This document shows positions 13,001-22,902 of a stretch of DNA of 64,000 nt, piece by piece (positions within the stretch are counted from its first letter, which is position 1; every line of letters starts with the position of its first letter). The DNA is from Macrostomum lignano. Its lineage: Eukaryota. A program made the translations under genes and the position numbers. Location of the stretch: the NCBI GenBank assembly GCA_002269645.1, contig NIVC01000957.1, forward strand, positions 62,001-126,000, read 5' to 3'. The notes below the pieces were generated by a model. It was not told the origin of the DNA, made no database searches, and saw only the letters and a list, made by a program, of their open reading frames with translations.

Positions 13001-14183
13001 TGACGCCCCAGTATCGTCAGGCCGTCGCCGTCCATAATGTGGAAGGTCGCGGTTGTTCTGGCAGATCCCACTTGGATGTCGGTAAATTTCGACAGATCGA
13101 CGGTACCCACAATCCTGAGAGGTGTCGGTACCCCGTAGGCGCGAACTTCGGCTCTTGTTGGGCGTGGGCTTGGCAGGCTGAGCGCTCTGAAGGTGCCGAG
13201 ACTCATGATACTGCAGCTGGCTCCGCTGTCAATCATCATGGGAAGCTGCCGGTTTGCCACCTGCACAGTCAGTGAGACGTCGGATGGGTATTTGTCGGGG
13301 TTGTACAGCGCGAACACATCCTCGATGACGGAGCCGTCGGCAGCTGTGAATACAGCATTGGTGCTGATTTGCTGCTGTGGGATCCGGCTGCTGTTTGACT
13401 GCCAAGGCTGACGGCAGGCAAGAGCGAGGTGGTTAGGCTTACCGCAGTTGTGGCAGATCTTGCCCTTGGCAGCGTCGCAGGTAGCGTGGCCTTTCTCGCC
13501 GCAGCGGTAGCAGGTGCGCTGCTGCTGGTCGCCGGGCCTGCTGGTCGTCTGAGCCGGGCCACGCCTGTTCGTTCTCACCTTGTCGCCCTTGGCAACGCTG
13601 GCCACGTGCGAGTCTGTCTTCTCCATCTCGATGGCTTGTTCCTCTGCAGCCTCGAATGCCCTCGCCTTTCGCAAGGCCTCTTCCAGGCTGATGTTCGCCT
13701 CCTGAAGCAGCCGCCTGCGCAGCTTGTCAGAGCTACAGGTTGCCACGAGCTGGTCTCTGATGAGCGAGTCCTTCAGCTGCTCGAAGTCGCACGGCTCTGC
13801 CGCAGTGCGCAGTCTGGCGTACCAGGACTCGATGGACTCTCCGGTGGCCTGGGTGCATAGGCGGAACTGATATCTGGCGAATACTATGTTCTTTCTTCCA
13901 TTGAAGAATGTCTTCAAAGCGTCCAGCGTCTGCTTGAGGGTGACTTGGCCGTCCTCTGTGGCCGCTGCAGGCTTGGCCTCCTCGCGGATGATGTCGGCGA
14001 TTTCCTTGCCTGCTGTGTAGCTGAGTAGTTTGCACTTTTTCTTCTCGTTGGTGATGCCTGATGCATCGATGAAGTCTTCAAAGCGGTCCGCCAATTGACT
14101 CCAGCGCTTGCCCGCGTTGTGTGGGTCTGCTGATACTGAGAATGGCTCAGGGGGGGGGGCAGTGAGAAAAAGTTGGCTGCCAT
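10073..14183 (-). pseudogene. Gypsy 1 gag-pol (zinc knuckles, protease, RT, RNase H, integrase) with frameshifts
   Basis: CYRCGEKGH and CHNCGKPNH knuckles, IDSGAS protease, AHDDVVV RT, VDASPIG RNase H, GMDFYGP/VTDNGPPF/NGATER integrase. Frameshifts at the G10 run 14150-14159 and near 10560, and a compensating pair around 11070-11140. Confidence 0.92.
10150..10322 (-). repeat. 12-bp tandem repeat encoding (PAGE/PAGQ)n in the integrase tail
   Basis: Repeated GGCAGGCTCTCC / GGCAGGTTGGCC units. Confidence 0.9.
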
Positions 14184-15605
14184 GATTTGTTTACCGCGCG
14201 GTAGGCGGCTTGCGACGCCACTGTAGAGAGCGAAGCCGAGAGAGAAAGTTATGTGTTGTGTGTAGCCGATAAAGCCTCAATCCATTGTAGGCTCTGTGCG
14301 ATCGATTTATATATTTAGCAGCGACCCTGCAGTTGAGACTGCGTACATTAAAAACAGAAAGCCAAGAATATTGGATGTACATCGGAAATGCACACCAGGA
14401 CTAAAAACACTTATTATGCAAGCACTGGGCAGCAGGTGCCTACAAAGAGTTGACCCCATCATACGGTGATCCCCTCAGACAATCCCTGGCATCCACCTGG
14501 TCAGTGTCGCAAATTCCTTCCGATCTTGTCCCGCTTTGGGACTGTTTTGTTCTGCATCACATTATTACCCTTTACAGTGACCACATTTAGACCATTTTGT
14601 TCAGGACACAATGCTACCGTTTCGTAAATATCGTACAGTATGTAGTGTAAGCATCTTTTGTGTAATTTCTGAATTCTATTAGTTAGTTAGCTTCTGTATT
14701 ATTGTTGATAATTATTGTATTTTGCTTTAATTTAGTCACGTTTTCGATGTACTTTTTCTTGTTAGTTAGTTTATTTTGCGTAAACAGGTTAGAAGTTAGA
14801 CGCCAATTCTGTGACTCAGCGGAGGGTTGAGTTTTTCTGCGAACCCCAGCTTTGCGCGGCCAGCCAATCAGAATCGGCCTGGACCCTGGCACGCGGCAAA
14901 ATCGCACTCGTGCAATTCAGCTTAGCGAGCGGCCGGCCAGACGACCACCACCCGGCTTGAGGGGGGGTTTTGAGGGTCTGACAGTGACTATATATGAAAG
15001 TGTGTTTGGCGGTCGGATCTCTTCTCTTCTCCCCGGCTTTGGTTTTGTTCCAGCTTCCCGGCCGCTTTGCCCTATTTTTGTGGTTCGCGCTTTGAGGCGC
15101 CTGAGTTCGTCACCCCGGTCCGTGTTTTGCTTCCCTGCCCGACCGCTTCAGTCTTATAGCGTAACGTCTACGGCAAATTTCTGTCTGAAGTCGTCGCTAT
15201 AAGCGCGGTTAGATAGAGACTGTCGGATTTGACCAAGTACGTGGCCTCGACCCAGAGAGCCTCAGTGTCACACTGAAGGGCAGCGCTGATAGAACTTAGT
15301 CAGTGCTCTGTTGAACGGTCAATTCGGCAGGGCTCTCGTTTGAGTGTAGGTTCTGGTTTAGGCCAGGTATTAGGAGTTTTTCTCCGTGGTCCCGTGTTCG
15401 GTTCCTCTTCTTCAGCTGAGATCCACTTGCCAATTGCATTATTAATTATTATTAATTGTTTTATCGTTATTATTGGTTCGTTATCATCAGTTCGAATTAT
15501 CTGCGCCGCGAATTACGTTAAGAATCTTGTAACTTTATTAAATCTAATTAAATCGTCGAGTAAATCAAATTTAGTCATTCTTACTAGGATTATCACTCTC
15601 TAAAT

Positions 15606-16334
15606 CTATGCGACAGGAACCGGTCGATCGAATCCGGAGATTAATGCCAGAATTGGCCAGGCACTATAGTTTGAGGATTGGTAGACGGGCATTCCATCAA
15701 TGCCGATTTTAATGTCCAGTTCAATACCTTGCGAACCTTCCGGAAGTAAAATTGAGTTGTTCAATCTTAGCAGGTTGTTTCGCAGAAGGAAGCCGATATT
15801 TGACGCGATGCCTTAGAAGTAGACAAAGTGCCCTGCTCCCATTGAATATTTCTGCACACTTTCCTTGCCATCCTTCGTTAGAAAGTAGAGCGACTTGGAG
15901 ACAGGCAAACCGCGGCTGTGTAGAGCGTTAAGTAGAAACTGCATGGCTCTGTGAGATAAATTGTAGAGCAGAAAAAGAACCAACAGCTCGTCGTCCAGAC
16001 TTTCCATACTGGGCCTTGCTGCATCAGATTCAACGCTTTCATCTTCGTTGTCCATTTCTTCGGCGTCGTTTTCGTCCGAGATAATCAAAGACTCAAGGCA
16101 CTGAACTAGGTATCGCGAGTCGAATTCACGATTAGCGGTGTGGCTGTCAGACGAATGAGGGAATTCATCGACTGCAGCTTCGAATTGATCGGCAGAAGAC
16201 GATGGAGGCAATTTTTCGGATTTCGCTCCCAACTGTTCAGCGTTCTTGGGACAGGGTAGATTGTTGGAGAGCCAGTTTCTAAACTGCCGGCTTGGATTTG
16301 TGTCGTCGAAAGTTTTCCTTCGTTTGGACGACAT
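15606..16334 (-). pseudogene. EnSpm/CACTA-like DDE transposase, N-terminal fragment
   Basis: Reading through the in-frame TAA at 15813 gives DIKIGIDGMPVYQSSNYSAWPILAL, matching the IDGLPL..SS...WPIL first-Asp motif of animal EnSpm-like transposases. The frame ends at 15606. Confidence 0.65.
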
Positions 16335-16636
16335 GTTTTGAAAATAAAACGTTAGCACAAATTATGATGATACTGTTGACGACGTGCATTAGTGACTAGT
16401 GTTAGTGTGGATGGGGGTGGAAATCGAGGAAGCAGCAAAACGGTGAGTACATGGATGTATGGGATTTGGAGCTGGAGGCTTTTAATTGGCCGACAGCCTT
16501 CTCCCCTGGCCCTATGCTCACAGCGGCCCATTTCATATACATGGGTTTGGTTTATTCTTCAAGCCAGCAACCATACGCCTACGAGTATCAGTCTAGACTC
16601 TCGATTTTCCTAGTTTCAACACCTAATTTTTCTGTT

Positions 16637-17405
16637 ATGGCTACAAACAAGCTCCGATTTATCGTTTACTTCCCAAGCGATAAGCAAATTCTGGAAGTGT
16701 CGGGTTGCAGCATCTCCCCTGGGGAGTACCAGGACTTCGACAGCGAGGACTGGTCTAAACTAGGTGAACAAGACAAGTATTTTTCGGAACCTATGCTGGT
16801 TCAAGCCGAATATGAAGGTAATTGGTTCGAGGCCGTCATTGTTCAAGTTGTTCTTGACGAGAATACCAGTACGGGGCCCACCATAGCTTTCATTAGAGAC
16901 CTAATTAGGGTAAAACGAAAGTCAATTGATGGCATCCTGCGCAGCATCATCCGCATCAACCATAGCAAGCGACGAAACCGATTTCTAGCAATGTCGGTGA
17001 GTAATTTTTAATGTCTTAGTTCTTAGTATCTTAGTTCCAGATCTCAACCTAGACGCCAATTCAAATTAATTCAATTTTTTTATTCTTTTAATTAATTTAA
17101 TTTTAATTCAAATTAAATTACAGTCAGTGAGAAAGTCGGAGGAAGAAAGCGAGGCTGAATCGTGTCTTCGTCGACCAGTCGCTGCGAAGGTGACGACTAG
17201 TGACTCGTCACCCCAGTCATCGCTGCTGCCGCCTTTCAACCCGGCGCTGTTGCTGGCAACTGCGACAACACCGACGCAAAGGCCGCTGACTGAGATTCAA
17301 GCAGCACCGACACCAAGGCCGTCAACTGCTTCAACAGTTCCCAAATCGCCGATGTCGTCGACACAATGGACTTCCTTCCTTCCTTCCTTCCAATCGTGTC
17401 TTTAA
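16637..17405 (+). CDS. Spliced unknown protein divergent from the transposase (probable accessory gene), join(16637..16996,17124..17405)
   Basis: GTGAGT donor at 16997 and AT-rich intron ending TTACAG at 17123 join two ORFs in phase 0. The head-to-head layout is typical of two-gene CACTA-like elements. Confidence 0.5.
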
Positions 17406-17986
17406 CGTACCTTGCTTCCATCATCTATACCATCCTTGTTTTCATTCTTGCTCCCAGCCCGAGGAGGTCAGCTCCGGCAGGAGAACCTGCAGTATAAACA
17501 AACCCTTTTTGAGTGGGCAGCCAACCTGGCAGCTTGATCACTGGCCGGCCAAGAATTCTGCCGCCAATATGCTGAGCTGGTGGCGCCTCGCTTCGCCGCA
17601 CAGCTGGGTTACACTGACTTACCACCGCCGCTCAAGGCCGTTCTCCAGGAGTGACTCTGAAATTTAACAAACGATGCGGCTGATAATTTGATCCCTTGGC
17701 TGGCTGAAGGTACATTGCAGTTAAATAGGACGTCGAAAAATACCGTCTTGACCAAATTGATTGTGTAGATCTCTCAACGAAAGTTTCTTCTTGGAAGGGT
17801 AAACTGCGTCGCTTCTTGATCTTCGTCCATTGGTCTTATCTAGTTCGAAGTTTTCTTTTACTGAAGGCAGGAAAGTCTTAGTTCTCGATTTACTCGGATG
17901 GCTGTTGAAGACATGCAGCAGAGCGATAGCTGCATGGTGTCTGAGACTTCTGTCTAGCGGTGACTCACGCGGTCAGTGGAACCAAT

Positions 17987-18171
17987 TGAAACGACAATTT
18001 ATACGGGTTTTTCCCATATTATCGTTTCCTTCTGCCAACAGTTCAGGAAGACAACGAACAATGGACCTGATGGTAACTTTCTCTGTGTGATCTCTAGAGT
18101 CACATTCTCAAACTTCAGGCGAGGATCTTTCCTCTTCAATCAGTATATTTTATAAGCTAGCACACTGTACG
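17987..18171 (+). repeat. Truncated copy of the L2 element that also sits in the capsid gene
   Basis: About 185 bp nearly identical to 29853-30037, starting at the same TGAAACGAC boundary. Confidence 0.85.
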
Positions 18172-18482
18172 TGTCCTACTCGCTTAAAAAACGTCATCCA
18201 TCCTTAATCCATCCATACTATCAGAGCATAATCCACTAACATCCACCCAGAAACAATCTGAAAATAATCTGTATTCTTCTCCACAAATTCAATTCGCAAT
18301 TCGCAACGCATCCCAAAGACTTTAAATCCCCAAACCCTGGGTCCTTACCCTTTGAAAAAATCTAAATTCTCAATAAAAATGTTTCCAGTTGTCTCTCCAG
18401 GTTCTTATTATACTCAGCCTCATCCATTGTACAAATCCAAGTACCGATGCTATCTTGCGCTACGGTAAAGCAATTAGCAATT

Positions 18483-18650
18483 GCGGTACAGCGGATGCGG
18501 TAAAGCGGATGCGGTAAAGCGGATGCAGTGCGCACTGTGGCAAAGCGGATTGTGCCTAGCACAATTCTTTTAAAGATATATATATGCTGCGGATGGACCA
18601 TAGACAAAAAGCTCAAAGCGGCGGCAGAGGCGGCGGTGCCTAGCACAATC
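18483..18650 (+). repeat. Left subterminal motif array of the YR element
   Basis: GCGGTA(A/C)AGCGGAT x3 in tandem (18483-18524), GTGGCAAAGCGGAT (18537-18550), palindrome ATTGTGC-CTA-GCACAAT (18549-18565) and GTGCCTAGCACAAT (18636-18649). Confidence 0.85.
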
Positions 18651-18810
18651 TTACTAGAGATATATATATTAACCCGGTAGCTATAGTATACGGCTGGGCT
18701 GCTCATTCATTTTTTCTGCATTATTGCCCACGCGCGCGTCCGACCGTTGTTAGCTGCAGCGAGCATCCAGCAGCCAGCGAGCAGCTGATTACGATAATAA
18801 AATATAAAAG

Positions 18811-19936
18811 ATGCAAAGTCCTCCATGGCCCGGCGATAGCCAATACGCAACCGCGGACGAGATGGCGGCCGTCCTCCTGGAAGCCTGCGAGCAGGTTGAC
18901 GCTGCTGAAGCCGCGGCCGCCGCCGCCGCCGCGGCCGCGGCCCCATCGACTGTTCCAAAGCGGCAAGAAGACGCGGAGCGGGCTGCACTAGAGGCCGACC
19001 TCTTCACGCTGGAGGCGGCGGATGAGCAGGCTGATTGCGTCATCACTGGGGTCTTCGTACCAGACAGCGACGAAGACGACGAGGCAAGTGGTCGCCTGCC
19101 ATTATTCAAGACTGAACAGCAGAGTCAGCAGCAGCATCATCAGGAGACAGCGGCTGCAGTCGCTGCAAAGCCGGAACTAAAACGACAGCCGAGAATCGGG
19201 TCAGCTGGCATCAAGCCGGCGATAACGAGTCGCTGCTTCGTATCCCGAAGTGGCACGGCCGCGTCGCTAAGCGCCGCTAAGCAGCAACAAGGGCCGACAC
19301 CGCCAAAGCGCCATTGTCAACGCCCGATAACGGCGGCGAACGCGCTGCCATCGTCGCCCTGCAGTCGCAGCAGTTCGATCCTATCGCCAGGTAGGAGTCG
19401 TTGAATGCTGCTGCTCAGTTGCTGAGCATTCGTTGTTGACCATCGATCCTTACACTTTTAGTTCATAGCTCATTACCCATATTGTGAAATTATTTGTCAT
19501 TGTTCACAACAACCACCACCAATCGTCCACTTTGACGACAGGCTGTTCTATCCCGTCGGACACTCGGTCTTCGCAGCCGCCGCCGCCGCCGCCGCCGCCG
19601 CCGCCTCCGCCGCCACCTTATTACTGCGGCGGATATACCGACGAATGGAGCGCCGCGGCCGCCTCCTACGAGACGGCTGCTGCTCACCAGCATCATCAGC
19701 AGCCGCAGCCGACACGGGACACCACGTCCAGGCTGCTCGTGCCTCGCATTCTGCTGCACCCCGAGGATGCCGTAGACGCCTCCGTTGCAGGCAGCAATGG
19801 ACAGCTGGCGAATCGGCGGGCCTACCGCGGCATGTCTGTGCTCAGGATAGCCTACGTGAAGCAACCTGGCGCGCTCAAGATGATGTTAATGTCAGCCTGG
19901 AGTGAATGGGCGACTCAACTGGCCATCAGTGAGTAG
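18811..19936 (+). CDS. Unknown low-complexity (Ala/Gln/Pro-rich) protein, first gene of the YR element, probably spliced (~18811-19390 + ~19542-19936)
   Basis: ATG in an A-rich context. Candidate CAG|GTAGGA donor near 19391 and GACAG acceptor near 19541. No recognisable domain. Confidence 0.45.
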
Positions 19937-20290
19937 CGTGGGGTTGTTGCCCTTTCCTATTTATCTACTTACTTTATTAAGCATTGCTGTTCTTTTCTTT
20001 TTATATCATTTCTGTGCAGCTCCTATGCGCGATCGACAGCGCTGATTTGCCAAACTATTGCCATAGACTATATGAATATCACAATTAATGATATATCAAT
20101 GCCATTTATTGAATTGCCACGACTGCAACACTGCCATAATCGTATAATCCCTCTTCCCCCACAATCCTCATCTGTCGCGCGCCTCCGCCCCCTCTCTCTC
20201 TCTCTGCATCATCCCATTTCTGAATAATATTGCGCCGTCTTCTTCTTCTGCATCTAATTTCTCAACTCGACGATCAACACACAAAAAACA

Positions 20291-21578
20291 ATGTCAAAAA
20301 ATAGGCGTCACTAAGAATGAGTTCGAGCCATCCAAGACGCACATTGTCGATCCATATGCGCCCCTGACCGACGATGTTAGTCGGGAGACGTCAAGCATTC
20401 ACGCATTTGTCCGCACCGCCGTCCTCCACACTAATTGCGACTTGGTCGGGCAGCTGCGTCCGATTTTCGCGTCAGGCCGCGACGCGGACACCTTTGCTGT
20501 GCGCCGCTGGACGCAAGTCGAGATCAGGAGCGTCCGCAGCGTCGAAGCCGAGCTGCGCCGGATAACTGCGCTTGACCCGGTATGCTGCACAATTAATATC
20601 GATGACAGCTGCTTGTCGCGCACCATCGTACTCTATCGTTGGGCGATGTCGTATCCGGTCGAGGCGGTGCAGCCGGATCTTGACGACCCCGTGCTAAACG
20701 CGGGCAATCCGATGTTGACAAAGCAGTCTTTAGACTACTTCAACAACATTCAACTTCTGCGTCGGATGAGGGCAGAGGCGCTCTCGGGGTTCGTCAGGCT
20801 CGGCGGCCAGCAGCAGAAGGCACTGTGCGGTGTCTGCGAGCGGCCGCCAGTGTCGTTCCGTAGTAGCGCCGCCGCCACTTTCGCCGCCTGTTCCGGTCCT
20901 TCTTCTTCGTCGGAGGACGCGTGTCGCCGCCGCAGCAACGGCGGCAGCCAGAGGGTGTCGCAGCAGCAGCCGCAGCCGCCACCGCCGCTGCCAGACGAAC
21001 TTGTGGTGACGCACCTGGGCAGCGGTCTGTGCGACGTACAGATAGCCGTGTGCCGCGCCATGCAGAGGGAGATGCCGCCGCCCACAATATATTTGTGGGG
21101 GCCTTCCGGAGTTGGCAAGACGGCCATGGTGCACCTGCACTTTGGCAGGGAGCCTGTGTTCGTGCCGGACTTGACAACAAGTTTTCCTTTCGACGGGCTG
21201 CGCTTTAACTTGCATAAGTGCATTTTTGTCGATGAATTCGATGCCAGCCGTCCAATTCCGGGTCAACTGCTGCTACTGTTCAACCGTGATAAGTTCACGA
21301 TCAATGAGAAATATCAAAGCCACAAAAAAGAGCCATGGCCACACGCCATTGTTGTGGCGGGCCACGCGGCCCCAGGGCAGATCAGTCGGGACTTCTTGCG
21401 CAGGATGACTGCAGTCGTGCACATCCCGCATAATCTGTTCGACTGCGACGGGTGCGACGCCAGTCAAGGTCGCAGCGGCAGAGGACGCCAAGATGCGGCG
21501 TCGCAGGCGGCGAAGAAAAATGTGCAGCAGCAGCAGCAGCAGCAGATGCCGCCGCCGCCACCGCCACCGCCGCAGTAG
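20291..21578 (+). CDS. CRESS-DNA-virus-like Rep: degenerate HUH-like N-terminus plus SF3 helicase
   Basis: TIYLWGPSGVGKT (Walker A), FPFDG, CIFVDEFD (Walker B), TINEKY, IVVAGH at the motif C position. The frame is open from 20148. The ATG at 20291 enters it if one A is removed from the A run at 20296-20301 (MSKIGVTKNEF...). Confidence 0.78.
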
Positions 21579-22902
21579 CAGGAGCGGCTGTTTGCCGACG
21601 ATGCCGCCGCCGTCGCCGAAGAAGAAGAAGAAGAAGAACGCGAAGCAGCCTACTATTGTTGAATAGAAACACTGATTGATTGATTGATTGATGGATGGAT
21701 GGATGGATGGAGGACATTATCGTTATTGTGCCGGCGGCGGAGGTGGGCCAGTCGTTAGGGGCTGCAGTACTGCTGCAACAATTTAGTGAGCTGCTGCAGC
21801 ACGTCAGATGCACATTGCCCACACTTCCCTTTGTTTCTTCTCTATCTTCTATCCCTTCTATCCTCTTTCCCCTTCTCTCTCTCTCCCTCTCTCTTTGGCC
21901 CTTACTTCCCCTACTTTGTTGAGGCGATGCGATGCAGGTACCGAGGTTGTGCTGCAGGCAGAAAGGTACACCTGTTCTCGTGTTCCAGTGTTTGTGTGTG
22001 TTTGTTTTTCAGTTTGTTTCGTCGTCGTTTGGAAATCGACGTGATCTCAGCCTGGCTGGCTGAATGCAACTGCAGTGTTGGTTTTGTTTCTAAGGAGTTC
22101 GATGTGCATTTTTTGTCGCTTCTGTGCGCCAGATGGGGCCGCCTAAGCAACCGTTATTTAAATATTTCGCCGCTTCTTCGCTATTGTATACCAAACCAAA
22201 CCAAACAGCTTTTTTTCCATCTCGATCAGCTGCTTCCTATTGAGCAACTTAGTAATGGTGCTGCATCCGTAATTTATATATCTTTAGTCGAAAACATTTT
22301 CTATCTACAGGGCAAATGCGCTTTTTTGGCAACATATTTGGGCCACAATATTCTCTCATTGATATTTACTCTATAATATTATGTCTGTCTACTATATTAG
22401 GGGGGGGGGTAGATATATATATATTCATCAATACGTCTATATCGCTTTGGTGCTTTTTATTGAACAGCAGAAATAGTTGCGTGTATTATTTTCTTTTGCC
22501 TTGCATAATATGCAGTGCCCTATGACCATTCGGCTTTACAGAGGGCGGGGTAGGAAAATCGGGGTGGCTGGCTAAAATTGCTTTTTGGATAGAGGGAGAA
22601 AGAGAGTGTGGGGCACTGATGCATGCGGGGGTGGGGGCTGGGTTAAGGAACACAGTCAAAAAAATCGATAGTCAACATATACAACCATAGACAACAAAAA
22701 TCCATAGACAACAGCAGAGTACATGCCCGGTGAGATTAGTCTATGAGGAGGGGGGATAGCCGGGATTTGGATGGCTAACTCTTCGCTTCTTTGTATAAAG
22801 TCAGTCAACAGTCTATGGCTCTTCCCTTCCATTTTTCACTGTAAACAATTGCAAAGAGTGATCAGGTCCAAAATCCGTTTTCTTTATTTATTCCATCGCC
22901 TG

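Larger units (their letters stand above)
8871..14444 (-). mobile_element. Ty3/Gypsy LTR retrotransposon 1, full length
   Basis: TGT...ACA LTRs at 14222-14444 (5') and 8871-9954 (3', interrupted), differing by about one substitution and one GA indel. 5-bp TSD AAGAG (8866-8870, 14445-14449). PBS TGGCGTCGCAAG next to the 5' LTR and PPT GGGGAGAAT next to the 3' LTR. Confidence 0.95.

Noticed and set aside
14797-17062. 13-bp direct repeat TAGACGCCAATTC (14797, 17050) as a TSD
   Set aside because: The second copy lies inside an intron whose flanking exons join in frame across it, and the enclosed segment has no coherent ends.
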